The translations under genes and the position numbers were made by a program. A stretch of DNA of 63,409 bases, counting the filler, from Diploschistes diacapsis (Eukaryota), in NCBI GenBank assembly GCA_023645945.1. It is 16 parts of 16 records of this genome, joined end to end, with 100 filler letters (N's around TTAATTAATTAA, not from the genome) between each part and the next. Parts side by side here need not be neighbours in the genome. Positions count along the whole stretch, not along the records: positions 31,774 to 52,915 come from JALAIB010000316.1; 15 more parts are not named here. One strand, written 5' to 3'. The notes under the pieces are model-generated. The model searched no databases. It was not told the origin of the DNA and was given only the letters and a program-made list of their open reading frames with translations. Positions 38,428-53,015 of the stretch are shown in pieces. Numbering within the stretch: the stretch's first letter is position 1; each line of letters starts with the position of its first letter.

Positions 38428-40953
38428 TCATCCGAGAGTCCGTCCGCTGCTCACAATGCCTTGGCTTGCGGGTTGAACGGGAGTTGTTCCAGGTTGAGTA
38501 AGCCTGGAGCGGTCCTCGATTGGTCCTGCATGAATATCCCATCCACTTTCGCTCAGTACGCGCAGCCAGCTGCTACCGAATTGTTCTTTCAAAGCTTCGA
38601 CCTTTTGGCGATATGACTCTGCGTTGTCGCTAAGTTTCAGATTCTCCAATTCCTCAGCCAAAGTTGCTTCCTGCGAAGGCAAGTCAATAGGGGCTGGAGG
38701 AGTCTGTGGCGGCGTCACGACTGCATCAGCCATCAAGTGATCTTTTGAGAAGAAGGGATCATCACAGGCACTAGTGAGAAGGGTCTGCTGCGCAATCATA
38801 GGAAGCTGTTGATTCACACTGGATGCATTCGAGTTACTCAACTCGGGTGTTACCACCGTTGACATCTCTCGGAGGCATTCTACCGAAAGCCTTTTGGGCT
38901 TTGGATCCGGACTCTCGTCAACAGACAGATCCACAATCCTTCTTTTCGAGGTTCTCTTTCGCCGACCCGAACCTACAACTGCTTCACTCTGAGTTGTGTG
39001 CGGTATCGGCCGGCCATTAATAATTATTCGACTTGTTACGTTGTTTGGGACTCGAGACACCTTCCCGTCATCTCTTTCGACATGAGTTTGAACGGCCGGA
39101 GGAGGCTTGAGCATGGGTATCGCAACGGCTTCAGATGTTCGCTCTCTCAAACGCCTTCTCTCAGCATATCCAGGCCCCGAGGAGTCGATCAAAATATCCT
39201 CAGTGTAGCCGGGCGCCTCTCGAAATAGATTAAATATCGTGGTTCGATAATTACCATGCAACTTGGTAAGTGGATTTCCTGCGACATATATCTCCCACAT
39301 TTCAGGGAGACCAGTCAAGCGTGCCATCTCGGTAGGGTCGGATATCCTATTTTCACGAATGTCTAACCGCTCCAGGGAAAATAGACGCTCGATCCCTGCG
39401 ATTGACACTAGACGATTGGACCGCAAGTTCAATGCGCTTATTGCTGGCAGCGGATTGCGGGCGAGGGAGTGCAGAGACTCAATCATGCAACTCGACAGAT
39501 TAAGGGCGCGAAGGGCCGTCAGTGTTGCCAGACAATCTGGAATCTCGGAGAAAAGGTTCGATGAAAGGTCTAGCGAGTGAAGGGTATTCGCTAAAGGCGC
39601 GAGACCCGCAGTTGTTAGGGAAGTTAGCGAATTGTCTGCTAGAGAAAGATGACGCAAGAACCTCCATTTAGAAGCCGGGAGTATTCCCATTGAGAGAAGG
39701 TTGGTAGAGCTCCGAGATCGCGCTCTGGGCACGAGTGAATGTGAACTGGAGCTGGAACTTCGCGATCCTGACCTCCGCATCGCTTCACTTCCGCTCTTAG
39801 CGTGCCGATAAAAAGAGCCATGGCGGGCACTCGTGGGACGAGTAGGGGAAGCGCTCCTGTTGCGTGAAGATCGAGCGACCAAGATATCAGAGTCTGCGCG
39901 GACATGCGACCCGAGTTTCGGACTTACGCTCGCCCCAATTCGAGTGCTCTCGGGCGTGCCGGATGCGAAACTCATGCGCGAGGGCTCAGCTTGACGTACG
40001 GCTGGACTGGCCGGCCAGAGGGGGCTGGGGGAGCTTTGTGGTTTAGAGGATCGCCGACGTCGCTTGTCCATGTCATCCAGTACGATGTGCACGATCAGAT
40101 CAAGCGGATCTCCAACGCCAGATCTCCTGAGGGATAAAGAACGAAGCTGATCCGCAAGTTTGTCCCACCCGAAGAACAGGCGAAAGTCGAGATCACAGAT
40201 TTCGAGAGCACTCAGGTTCTTGAATGTCCACAGCGGGACGGCAGTATCGAATGGGAACTCTTCATATCCATCGATCAAGCGAGCTCTATGATCGGGGGAG
40301 AGCCGGAGACAAGGTATCTTGGTGAAAGAGGAGTAGAGGTACTTGGTGTCAGCACACAATTGCGCCTTTGCCCTTTCAGTTTTGGCTGTGTTCGTTTCAC
40401 CAATGCCCAGACTAGACCAGAAGGAGTTCATGTTCGACACGAAGCTCCTTATGCTCGCAATAGAGTGTACTGAATCTCGATCACTTCTTCCTCTGGACTT
40501 TGGTGGGTGATTGAGGAAGGAGACATAATTTGCCGGCGACTGACCAGAGTGGATATTTTCTATGCGAACGTTCATTGCACCAACCTCAACGCCAAGTTCT
40601 TCAAAGCGCGAAAGGAGGTAAAACAGGTGGTGGGGGGTAAGGGTCAATTTCGCTGGCTTGACATTTTGGGAGTTGAAATTCAGCGAAGTAAGTGAGAAGG
40701 CAGTGGTGAATGGATTGGTTGCCGGTATCTGACTAGGAGACTGCAACGGTGAGATTTGGGTAGGGGACGATGGACCTCCGTAGGGGTCAGAGGAGCCATG
40801 CTTGCTTCGCTGCTTTCGCAACTGCAAGGCATTGGCCAAAGCTTTTTCATGTGTACGGACAAATTGAGCCAAATTCTGCGAAAGTCAGTAGTCGTCTGGC
40901 GTTTCACCTGATGTACCGACCTTGATGAAGACCTCCCCGTTCTCCGAGGACAT
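38428..40953 (-). CDS. Fungal leucine-rich-repeat protein
   Basis: Exon 40953-40921 (MSSENGEVFIK) plus 40875-38428. Conserved N-terminal LAQFVRTHEKALANAL and LTPHHLFYLLSRF; LRRs LRHLSLADNSL, LHSLDLSSNLF, LRALNLSSCMI, LNLRSNRL, LERLDIRENRI. Confidence 0.9.
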
Positions 40954-43800
40954 TGCTGGAGTTCGAGGGGCTTCTCCCAGCCTTCGGTCGCTATCTCGAG
41001 CAGGGCGTGGCCTGCATGTGTTTGAAATGACCTGCGCTTGAGTGAGTACTACTGCGAGACAATGGAACTACTTGCGCTAGATGTATGATTCCCGGGTCAA
41101 GCTTGTATTAATCCATTCAACTTGGACAATAGGGTGGTATGGGACGTTACTCACTCGGCGCGTTTATGCTGCGGAGGTGGTACGGATGGGAAGGTCGGAT
41201 GTCGTCGTAGGAGTTGTAATACATGAGTGTTCAAGGCAGGACCAGAGCAGGAGGAAGGATAGTTTCACAGGTTCAAGCCAGCGACGCCGTCGAGGGCGAT
41301 TAACGTACGAGCTGCTCGTTATTTTGACAAGCGCGATATTACTCGAGGCAGTCCACAAGCAGGTCTGCGGTTCCTGGCAGAACAAAGTTGGGGGGTGAAC
41401 TGTGACCGCAAAACCAAGTCCGCAGCCTGGTCTTGTGGCTTGAATGTCAAGCGACGAAGGTAGAAAGGCGATGAGGCTCTCCTCGGATATAAGAAGGGGA
41501 ACTTTATTTTTATATCAATTGAAAGTCAAGAGACTCTCACGGCACAAGAATTAGAAGGAAGAGGTGGGAGCTCTGCAGTCTGGAGCCGGGCAGGTAACAT
41601 GATTGATAACAAAATAAGGAATGGCGGGAAAAAGCTCCAATCACAGGCGAGAAGTAGATGGCACCCCGCCAATTGGACCTCTTGGCGGCACTGACTTTGA
41701 AAATGCCGAGTCGTCTATAATAGTATTAGTCTATAATAGTATATTTTCGTCTGGCTTCAAGTGCTCTGGTCGCCAAGCACAATATGGACACAATATGGAC
41801 GGTACTGAATACTGAACCCCCACACTCTACCGCACTCTACCGTTATCACACTGGGCACAATTACTGTATCGTTCATCAGCTGTGTTTTGCTGTTTTATTG
41901 AAAAAGCAGAGTATGACATGTTAATTGGGAGCGGGAGAAACACGTGAGGCTAGAATCTGTCACATTGCAGGCCTATACAATCCACACACATAAAATAAGT
42001 ATAGTTGCATGTGCTCGTGACTCAGGACATGGAGAGAACAGCCACTAGAAGCACAAGCAGAAGCACAACGTGATGATTCATGAATGCACATCTGATCCCC
42101 GACCTCTTCTCCATCATCACTGCAGCTCTTCTACTCGAAGCTTGCTAACAGCGGCCGCTGCAAGAGCAGTTAAATGCCCCATGAGTCCATGACCACCACA
42201 AGAAGACTGACCGTTGTCTCGCAGATTATCTAGTATCAAGTTGTCAGATCTCGAGATGAAGCTAAGTTTGGCGCTAATCCTGGACACAAATTTGGTGGCT
42301 GATCCCCCTCCCTCCTGCAGGGTCTGTCTAGCGGGCAATTTGCAATTGAGCCCATCCCATATCTTCGTGCCCTCTGCACTTTTGGGAGACAATACGAGGA
42401 CAGCACACGGCCTTCAACTTCTTGTTCGTCATTCAATGGCAATGGAAATAGAAATGCAGAGTACACATTCCTCTCCTGCGAGAATACCCGCAACCAGGAG
42501 CGTGCGTCTAGATAGCTCTCCCCCCACCTGCCATACGGCTTGAGGGTGGGGGCGGGTATCGTCGCCATGATGCTTTCACGGAAGAACTTTTTGCAATGCG
42601 ATAATCCCTGCAGCAGTATGTTTAGGACACGCACCTATCATGACTCCCGGTTTTACTACTTCCGGAGTTTAGTGCCATCTAGGTTCACGTTGCTAATCCA
42701 AGATGTCAATGCAAGGTTTATTCAGGATATTGACTGGAAACGTCCCTTGACCCATTTGGCACTCATATTTGCTTTAGCCCGAAGTCCCGTCTTTACAAAT
42801 ATAATATGGTCTGAACTCACGACGTCGTTGCGGGGGTCACGTGGGAGGCTTGCCAATCTATATACAGTCAGGTGCCAAAAGTAGTTAGGCCCCCCCCCCA
42901 TATCTCACCAAAATCGATCAACTTTGTACCCAAGATATCTTCCCCGGCACTGGGCCAAATCGAAATTTTAAAAACGTTGTAAAGAACTTGGAAGCATTAC
43001 ACATAAACGGAAACATATTATCGAGTATTTCAGAATTTTCCTCGAGCGCCTAAGATGGGGCTTAAATATTGAAGAAAAAATGGTCCCCGCCAAAAAAACA
43101 ATCACGGTTACCCTGCGGGCAACTATACCGTTGTTTTTTTAGTTGATGTCTTACGGCCCTGATAAGAATTCCAAAAAAAAATCGAGAAAAATAAGAATGA
43201 AGGAATTAAAGCTTTAAAAAGCTGCTGGATTTTTTCTTTAAACTTTTAAAAACGTTTGTAAGGGCTTGGGTGATGACTTTTTTGGTGAGAAATGGAAGGG
43301 ACCTAACTGCTTTTGGCCTGGTACTTGTACTTGTACATACGTATACTCACTCTTTTGTAGGGAGCACTGGGCAAAGGGGGAGCCGTTTTCCCGGTGGCGC
43401 TCTGGTTGCTGATCGAGTACCTACGTCATTTGGGTTGCGTTTGTATTTGTGATTGATAATCAGGATGATGATGATGATGATGAAAAGGATGGAGATGAAA
43501 AACGGTAGACTACTTGAAGTCATGCGGCCGGATAGAGCTTGGTTGGGTACCTATGTTTCCATTTGCTCAACCACTCATCAATCGAGAAGAAACTATCCAA
43601 CCGTTGGGTATATTCCCCGCCCGATTGCTAGCTGTAGCGATTACTAGATCGAGCGCACTCAGAGCCTGGAAACTACCTCGGCTTTGCCTGCTCCGCGAAC
43701 CAACTCCGCCTCCCTCGAAATATCCATATGCAAGATTTTAGTGCGCTCCGTTATGCTTATCCCCTCCACTTTCCTCCCTCCAGCCTCGACTACAAACTCC

Positions 43801-45662
43801 TTAGACCTTCTCTTCCATGTCCCTTCCCAGACCAGGCGCGTCGCTCTTCCTCCGTGAAGCCGCAGCCTCCGCATTCGCCAGGCTCTGCTTTCGGCCCTCA
43901 AGGCCCACCTGCTGCTGCACCTCCTGGAAGCTGACCGTGGGGACAAAGCCTGTGGAGTTCCAAGCGTGCGGCACCTTGGCGTACATCTCGTCCACTTGTT
44001 CCAGACTGAGCCCCTTTGTCTCGTAGATCATGGTGTACACGAAGAAGGCGCAGATCGTGCAGAATGAGCCCCAGATGTAAAAGACCTTGGCCTGTAAATT
44101 GGCATTGCCGGGCCCAGCGTTGACGAGATAGGGCGTTGCGTAGGCGATGGCCCAGTTGAGGAGCCAATTCGATGCCGTCGCCATGGAAAGGCACTTGGCG
44201 CGGGCCTTGAGAGGGTATATTTCACCAGTCACCTAAACTACATAAGCTTTCGTCACTTTATAGAAAACAAGCCTGCAGAGATTCGCATCTCGCAAAGCGA
44301 CTTACCACCCACGCCAAGGGACCCCAAGTACTAGCAAAGAAGAAGATGTAGATGCAAATAAAAGCAACAAATGCTTTATTGGCGACATCGCTATCGAGGG
44401 TGGAGCCGACGCCAGCGACCTAAAGCACACTTAGATTTGGTAGAAAACATTGGTGTTTGGGGGTTGACGAACGATAAACTGGCAGACGAGCATGCCGATG
44501 GCGCCCCAGAAGAGAAGCGGGCGGCGACCAAAAACGTCAACCAATAACAGACCAGGAACTGTTGAGCAGACGTTCACGACATCCTTACGCGGCCGACGTT
44601 AGCAATTGCGGAACAGCATGATCGATCCGATACTTACAGTAATCACAGTCGTGATGAACGGAGCAGCTATGCCACGTGTCGTAAAGAAAGATGTGCCGTA
44701 GTAAAAGATAAAGTTGACTCCGGTAAGCTGCTGCAGAGCCTGTAGAAGACAGCCCGTCGCCAGTCGCTTTCCCAAAGTGCCTTTGAAGCAGTCTAGGTAA
44801 GTAGCCTTGCCCAGCGAAAGCTCATACTCGTGGTTCGCGAGAATCTCAGCAAGCTCCTCGACCACGGCGGGATGATCAACCGGAAGGCGACGCAGCCTCG
44901 ACAGTGACTTGGCAGCTTTCTCTTTCCTTCCTTTACGGATCAAGAATCGGGGCGTTTCTGGAAGCAAGAGCATGCCTCCGACCAGAATGATGGCCCACGC
45001 GAACTGGATCGCTATGGGAATGCGGTATGAACCAGTGTCGTTGCGCGTGCTTGTTGAATTATCGACAATAGCTGCCAGGAAAAGACCGATCGTGATTGCC
45101 CACTGATAGCAGCCAACAATGGCGCCTCTGATCCATTTCGGTGCAGTCTCGGACTGGTACAACGGAATTGTTGCTGACAATAGGCCCACCCCAAAGCCGG
45201 CGAAGAATCGGCCGGCAACGAACAAAGGGATGGCCGTTGCAGCTGTTTGAAGGATGACGCCGATTGTGAAGACAAAGCAAGAGAAGATCAGGCCATACCG
45301 GCGACCTACCCAATCCGCGACGTGTGCTGAGCCAAGAGCGCCAAAGAAAGTGCCTGCAGAAAGTAAAGACACAATCTCGGCAGATTGTGAGGCCGTGATG
45401 GCGGGCAAAAATTGTCCCGTCGTTGGATCCTTTACCGTGTACCCGGTTGAGAACAGGTTCAACCAGTATCTTGTCGCTAGGATACCACCAATCGTGCCTG
45501 TATCATAGCTGATAATGATATTTAGCTTTGCGAGTCGTTTCTGGTCACGGGTTAAGCATGCACCTACCCGAAGAGGATACCTCCAAAAGCAACGAAGCAT
45601 CCAATAGCTATGGCAGGCGCAGCAGAGCCTGCGGTGTTCTGGGGCTTCGAAAACCCAACCAT
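43801..45662 (-). CDS. MFS sugar porter (high-affinity glucose/hexose transporter-like)
   Basis: Multi-exon. FGGILFGYDTG, ADWVGRR, PLYQSETAPKWIRG, PETPRFL, QQLTGVNFIFYYG, WGPLAWVVTGEIYP and YETKGLSLEQVD. Confidence 0.94.
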
Positions 45663-46640
45663 GACGCGCGTGAATGATCAAGGCCGAGAATAATTGACAA
45701 AAGGGCTCAAGTTGGGGGAAATAGCAAGTAAGTACAGGAGAGTGTCAGAGAAACAAAGTCGCGGAAACGCGCCTAATATAAGATACGAAGCATGGCGGGT
45801 TTTGAGCCTTGAGGATTGGCCTAGCTGAACAAGAGCTGTGACGAGATTATTAACGAAGAGCACAAAAGCAGAGCTGATCCACAGGTCCACGTGAAGAAAG
45901 AAAGATATAACCGAGTTACTTACTCTATGCGGTAAAGCGTGCCCGACCATCAGCCTCACTTGCAACCCTATTACCACAGCGTTGTAAATGCATCTAATTC
46001 TAGTGTTCAAACTTAAAAGTTATAGCTTACAGCTGTAGAAAATACATCAATCACAAAACCACTATCCTTTAATGGCTCCCCCGCTCCTGCCAAATTGTAA
46101 GTTTTAACGATTTTATACAACATTGATATAGCTAATAACAAAAATTAGACATTCAACACTATATCTACCCAGCTGTTTTGGCGGGGCTAAGCGTCGTTGG
46201 GAATTACTATATCTTAAGGCAAAGTTCAAAGATCGTGGGGTGGATCGTAGGGCAGAGATCAAGGATCTTGAAGGCAGACATGATGGAGAGGTTTGAAAGG
46301 GTTGATAAGAGATTCGAAAAGTTTGAAGCACGACAGATGACAGACGGAAGCGGAGCGTCAGGTTCTATCTGTGGTTCACGAAATGCTCAAAAATTGTTCT
46401 ACCAAGAAATAAGCTCATCAGCTAATTCACCATCACGTGGTATCATAAAAGAAGAAATGACCCCGGACTCTACAGCTACAAGTGATACCGATGCCTATGC
46501 ATACACGCGCACTCCACACATCATGCTAGAAGGCGTGTGGAGCATGAGGCTCAACACCAACGCCACAGGGCCGACTTCGACTTATAGTACATTTCAACAA
46601 GGACCTCGAGCGCTCCGTGAAAGCGCTTGAGACAAGCACC

Positions 46641-48044
46641 TTAGGAACTCTGCTTCATTGCTCCACAATTCGAACAAGTCCACCACTGACTCTCCATGAA
46701 GCTCCCGCACGAGTGGCAGCTCCATCCGATGGGCCTTCGGAGTTCGGCTTCTCGAGCAGCTCGAGCGAACCTTGCCATGTTGTCGTAAGACGACTTCCGT
46801 TGAAGATTCACATTAGACCCAAGGGCTGAAGAAGATTTCTTTGGCACCGGCAGGCTTGATGGAGGTCCTGAAGGAGTCTCAGGCGGTCTTGTTGGAACCG
46901 GTCGCTGCGTACAGCAAGCGTCACAGCAGAGATAGGTAGGCGGATTATTCAGGGTGCAGATGGGACAACTCCAGCTGTCATTATAACTGGTAGCCGATGT
47001 TGGCATCGAACTTGGAGGGCCGGGAACATTGAAATCTGCAGCTGGAGATCTTCCCACAGGCTTGGAGATTGACGGGAGCCTCGAGAACGTAGGTATTGGA
47101 GGCGGAGACATGGGCGAACAGGGAGATGTCAGGGAGGGCTGAGGTACTGAGGACGACGTGGAACTTAATTTACTGGGATTTCGCCTGCCTATCGGGTTGG
47201 CATTAGTTGGCGGAACATAGTTCTGTCCGTATTTCTCCTGCTCTTCCTCCTGGAGGAGCTCAATGTAAGCTTCCATTATTGCCCGTTCATTCGCATCGTC
47301 TTCCTCAGCCTTTGTTTTGAAGCCGTTCTGGGATGCCTCTTGGGCGATCTTGTCTTTCCATCCTGAATCACTCGACCCGTTTGCGCAGCCTCTCATGGTA
47401 TTAGTGCGGCGTTGGGCTGCGTTGGCTATAACTGCACGGATGTCCTGGCCTTGGGATACGCGTTGACCACCGAGTCGGTGACCGGAATTTGCTTGCTGTT
47501 GTTGGCGCTGTTGCGCAGCGACACGCGCACGACGCCGAGCTTCAGCCATGGGAATTCGAGAACCCCCAAGCTTGTGCCCTATAGACAGAAACCCTTCTCC
47601 TGAATATCCCTTGCGTATCAAAGCCTCATGCTCGTCGCGGAGCTGGTTCCATAGGTCGTTGAAGTTTTGATCGTGAGGGCCAAAGACGATATGGCATAGC
47701 CTCCCAACCATCAGTGCTGTGCCTAAGAACACCTGATCGGGCCGTACTTACTCATGAAGCATCGTGTCCACTATCGATTCAAAGGGGAGAAACTGTCTAT
47801 CATCCCCAGGATGCCGCAACCTCAGGAGGATCTTCTGCCCACGGTTGACGTTCAAGCCCAGCAAATTGTGCTCAGCTGGATAGAACTCCGATAGAGTGCC
47901 GACCCTCCACATACGTTGCCTCATAATAGGCTTGACGATGGAGGCAATCTTCCTGAGTGTTTGAAGCGCTTCCCCCTCTCTCGCGCGACCTCTTTCATGA
48001 GAGTATTCGGAAATAAGGGCATCGTGTTCGATCATTCTGTTCAC
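46641..48044 (-). CDS. WSS1: WLM-domain metalloprotease Wss1 with two RanBP2-type zinc fingers
   Basis: LRKIASIVKPIMR, LSEFYP, LLGLNVNRG, HE/LCH (HExxH split by an intron), GHKLGG and GHRLGG SHP-like boxes, WSCPICTLNN and WSCHSCG...WTCSNC. Confidence 0.9.
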
Positions 48045-49387
48045 TATTTAGATTTCCCGAATTCATAAAGCAATCAGAGAGACTCTCTAATCAATTAAGA
48101 GAGTGACTGTGTATGTAAGAAATATGGTTGTACTTAGACTTGGAAGGTTCGTAGAATCGTGAAGAAAGCAAGACAGTCTTATAAATCTCATTTGTAACTT
48201 AGTCTTAGCTGGGACTCAAGTTGAAGCTAAGCTTGACGTTGAGTAGATCAAGGCTCTTTCAATCTTCGCTTTTTTTGAAACAAACTTGTCAATGCACAAA
48301 ATAATCCATTCATCGGCATACTGTACTAAGAGTTATGCACAGATTTTATCCCCATAAGGGCTGCATCTTCATCTCGGTTTTTATAGACGACAACTGCCGC
48401 CAAATTTCTCGGACAGCTTGCGGGCTGTTGACATTGCTGAAAACACTTCGACGGCCAGCACAGGACAAATCAAAAATCACACGGGGTTCTCCATAATCAA
48501 AGAACAAACTTATGAAGGTGAGCGCCTGCTTGTGAATTCAGAGACTTGGAGTAGCCTGGGAATGATCGTACCAGCGCAACAAGGGTTCTCTCTAATATCG
48601 GAAATACTAAGGAGGCACGTAAGAAGAGTTTATCGCTTCATTCTGCTCAGAGACTGTCGTATCGGAACGCGTTGTTATCCATGCTTTTATTCTAGCGTAC
48701 TGTGTGCTCACACATTTCTGTCTTCAACGTTCTTTGAGCTGCTTACAGGAAATCTAATGGCCCTGAAATGGCATCGTAGCTCGTGATCTTATTGAGGCAG
48801 TATATGTAGTACGGGCCCAGAAGTTCATATAAACAGTTATGCGAATGAAGAGCTGTAAAGCCATTGCTGGCCCCCCAGTTGCTGCCGTGCCCACGGTAAA
48901 GATAGCAGCAGCAAGAGTAGCAGCACCTCGTATCAAGAATTCAGCCGTGGGGCTACTCCTGGCGTGCAAAGTACTCGGGAGCGTCATCGCCCCAGATCAT
49001 TTCCGACTGGAGAGGCGGTGACATGCACAGATGGTTTTAACGTGGGGGCGGACACTTACGGAAAGCTCTATGCAGATGTCAATGAAAGCTGAAGTTTGGG
49101 GGCTGATTACGAATTGCTTGCCTCTTCAACGCTCAGGGATGGGTGGCAGGTAATGCTCATTCGGCCAGTTATGATCTGTTGAGAGGATTCGCGTGAAAAA
49201 GAATGGTGAGAGTCTTTAGCTTTCTTCTACTATAAAGGGCTTTCCTCCCATACTCACACCTTCAGCATCGCATCACTTCGATTACAGGAACAGTCTCCTT
49301 CTCAAGCCTCTTCGATTATTTCCAAAAGCAGGCAGTAAAGCGTCAGCGCGATTGTTCGAAAGCTTCCCCTCCAACAACAGCTTCAAT

Positions 49388-49975
49388 ATGCACATTCTCT
49401 TTGCCTCCCTTGTAGCTGCCTCTGGGCTAGCTCTCGGGCTTGCAGCCCCTTTCATGCCGCGCCAATCGGTCCCTACCACTGTCAGCCTCATCGCGCTCTC
49501 TAGCAACGGCGCGCTCCAAGGGCAGCCCATCAATGCCTCAGGCAACGCCTTCTTGGTTGGCGCGCCCACCACAACTTACTGCCCTCTCCCAGCGCCAGAT
49601 TGTGCAGGGTTTTCCAATTCAACAACTATCGCAGTCGGCGGTGGCACCGCAAGCATGGATGTCGTCGCACCGGGTGGCCAAGACGTTTATGTTGCGGAGA
49701 CAGGCCTGCTAAGCTTTACCATGGCGCATGAGGAGGGCGTCTTTCCCTCAGGCGCCTACACCACTGGATTTGCCATCGAGCCTACTATCTTCGGTGGGTT
49801 CACTTTCAACTTTACCGGCGGACAGTCGAGTGGGTTTATTGCTTGTCCCATCGACAATGGACGTTGGGAGATTCTTGCCACAGTGACGTCTGAGGGTGCC
49901 ATATGTGCTGCTGCGGCCGATGTTGAGATTGCAGCTATTGCAGTTAGTTCGCCCGGTGCTTTCGAGTATGAATAG
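49388..49975 (+). CDS. Small secreted protein (IgE-binding / PhiA-like cell-wall family)
   Basis: Signal peptide MHILFASLVAASGLALGLA; GQPINASGNAF, TYCP, VVAPGGQDVYV, GFIACP and terminal GAFEY; TATAAA at ~49231. Confidence 0.8.
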   Translation: MHILFASLVAASGLALGLAAPFMPRQSVPTTVSLIALSSNGALQGQPINASGNAFLVGAPTTTYCPLPAPDCAGFSNSTTIAVGGGTASMDVVAPGGQDVYVAETGLLSFTMAHEEGVFPSGAYTTGFAIEPTIFGGFTFNFTGGQSSGFIACPIDNGRWEILATVTSEGAICAAAADVEIAAIAVSSPGAFEYE

Positions 49976-50898
49976 CCCCGGAAGTATTCATTCAAGAGCG
50001 GATGTAACACGGAATCAAGATATTCAGGACAGCAAGATAGCCCTGAAAAAACCGGTTGCCTGTTCGCGTGGTCTCAAAAGAGATCTACCATGTACTGAAA
50101 CTCCTTTGTCACGCAATTAAGAGAATGGCCAACTAAGTATAATCGCATTTTTAGACACCACACTTACCTGGTGAAACCATTGCTATCATAACCCTTCACC
50201 GTGAGTATGCGTTGATCCAACATATTCTGTGCAGCAATCTCGCATTGGGAAGCCCAATGCAGTTTTCAGATTGTTATATATGCACCATTCAGCTCTCTCA
50301 CCTAGTGCCGCTATACATCGGACAACTAGCACTGCCTTTGTTTAGCATTCCTCAACAAGGATATCTCTAAATTCATAGGACATCATGCTAGCACAATGTA
50401 TACGGGTGCGTTACTCATTAGCTTCTGCAAACGGAGCTGAGGCTGGGCAACGCGACCATCCCTGTTGACCACGAGATTACAGGGTATAGATGCCAGAGCG
50501 ATCAGTGAACTGGGTGCCATGAGATGCTCCTGATACTGTCACAACTGTCCATGTCTGCTTTGGTAAAGAATGAGTTGACGGCGTACTGAGAATATAATGC
50601 GTGAAAATGCCATCAACACAAACCAGAGACTTCGAAAGAACAATATCATAGGGGAATCAGATGAGAGCCATGACTGGGTACATTAGAGTCGCAAGTCGCA
50701 TGCTTAAATAAAATAGACACAGCATTTCATTGCCCTTATATTTTGCTGAGTTGATTGCCGCTACAGTTTAATATTTTTTCCGTAAATATGACATAATGCA
50801 CATCGCACCGGAGAACCTTCTCATCTCCTATATCCCCTAGAGACTCTCCTACTTTGTGGCCCTGACTCCAGGTAAAACACTCGGAGTGGCAACTAAAT

Positions 50899-52434
50899 AT
50901 GCCTCATGGAGAGCAACATCCACTTGAATTTCTGGTCAGTCTCATGGTAATCACACAAGCCTTTGCTGACGCCCTCAGATGTCTTCTGTCACCTCTATAT
51001 CTGAGGAGCTACGGCGATACTCAAAAGGCCTCGGGGATGTCTCCAACGACTTCGCTGACAAGATAGAGCGGAATTTCAACGATGCTGCTGAAACGATCCG
51101 ACAGAACGTATACAGCGCAAGCTGGATTCCAGACTCGATTAAACCAGCTGCGCCACCACCGAAGCGCTGCCCCGTCCCGCTGAACTATTTAGAAAGAGCG
51201 GGGATATGGGTCGATAGGAACAGAGCTCTGACGGCAGCAATAATTGCATTTGTTGGAACGAGCACGGTTTTAGTATGGCGCCACAAGAGACTTCAGCGCC
51301 AGAAGAGGCGGGCTAAGAGAGCTTCAAACGGTGCGAAGACCGAGCTCGTGGTGCTTGCAGGATCTCCCCACTCGCCAATAACAAAATCCGTGGCCCTTGA
51401 CCTTGAGCACAGAGGCTTTCTCGTATACATCCCAGTGGGCTCTTTGGAGGAAGAAGCTGCCGTGAATAACCTCGGTGCTCCTGAGATCAATCCACTAAAT
51501 TTTGACATTACTTCTGTTTGTGGCCCCCAAATGCTATCGTTTATCTGTTGCTGATCTTCAAAAGCCTGAGTCAACCAACCAGATGCTAGACCAGCTAATC
51601 GAATTCGTCCATCACCCGCAGCGCCATGGAACAAAGCGTCTTCACTTCGCCTCGCTAATCCTTTTAGACGCCTACCCTTCCACTCATCCCACGGGGCAAA
51701 TCACAAACCTTTCACCTTCAACGTGGTCCGATGCCCTTAACACCCACGTCCTCTATCCGATCTCTCTCGCTCACGCCTTCTTACCTCTCCTCATCTCCGA
51801 GTCGCATTCCTCCCCCGTACCAAGTGCCTTCTCCCTTACCACTGGCCCCAACACTCCTCAAACAACCCTCCTAGTCGTCACACCATCCAACCTCCCATCC
51901 CTCCATCCACCTCTTCACGCACCCGAATCCCTTACCACAACAGCACTGAGCTCCTACATCACCACCCTCCGCGCCGAACTCCCCTCATCCCTCCCAGTAA
52001 CACACGTCCGCCTCGGCTCCTTCACACCCCTATCAACGCCATACAACCGGCTCAACACAGCACTCGCGCGCCTGAACCGCCTGCGCTCGTCTTCAGATTC
52101 TTCATCCGCCAAATCCACCTCCTTACCCTCCTCGCCTCCCCGCCGAGGCAGAGATACAACGCCTTCCTCGCGGGCGGAAAGCCTTGCGTCTACCAGCAAC
52201 TCTAGTCTCCGAGAGCTGCACAACGGCATCTTCGACGCCCTCGTGGGGCGGAGGACAGGGACGGTGTTTCTGGGCAGAGGCGCGAGGACGTATGCGTACG
52301 TGGGATATTGGATGCCGAGCGGATTGGTGGGCTGGATACTGGGCCACAGGGGTCCGCGCCTTGAAGGGAGTAGGAGTGAGGCTTTGGGGAAAGGAAGTGA
52401 GAGTTTGGAGTGGGAGAGGGTGGAGGGAGAATGA
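50899..52434 (+). CDS. DUF1776 fungal SDR-like membrane-anchored protein
   Basis: Three exons. TM segment ALTAAIIAFVG, KRRAKRASNGAKTELVVLAGSPHSPITKSVALDLEHRGFLVY, LRELHNGIFDAL and GRGARTY. Confidence 0.82.
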
Positions 52435-53015
52435 TTGAGGGATAAGAGCGTGAGGCGTGGTATAGCTGGTTTTGTAGGGGCTTTTCTCTCGGCGAAGAGT
52501 GTTTGGGGAATCGGCGGCACACTGCTCAATTTACTTGATGAGGTTCTGTTAGCGAGATATGAAAGGAGAAAAATTTTTTTTTTCCAAGGCATTGTATGTA
52601 GTAGCATATGATTCTTGGGCACTTCGTTCCTTCTAAACGGTGAATCAGCTTTGGAACCATCAAGCCTCGCTCCAAATCGTAGACAGCATGCGGACACTGT
52701 CATCCCCGCTCTGCGCTCGCTGAATTGCAAAAATCAACGGAAGCCCCGTGGAGAATTGTATGAGCGCTTCCGAGCGCACAACGATCGCCTTTCTTCTCCG
52801 TCCTCGGAGGGTCCCAAAACCCGGCCAACGACAAACTCCGTTCAAGTTCGGTAGCCAAGTCGACGAAGCAAAACCCACCCCCCCAACCAACGCCCTCGAC
52901 CCACAACCCTAGTACNNNNNNNNNNNNNNNNNNNNNNNNNNNNNNNNNNNNNNNNNNNNTTAATTAATTAANNNNNNNNNNNNNNNNNNNNNNNNNNNNN
53001 NNNNNNNNNNNNNNN

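Noticed and set aside
41000..43700. Short ORFs between the LRR gene and the sugar transporter
   Set aside because: No recognisable domains or consistent splice structure; probably UTR and intergenic sequence.
51954..52730. 258-aa minus-strand ORF
   Set aside because: Antisense to the DUF1776 gene, non-ATG start, no recognisable motifs.
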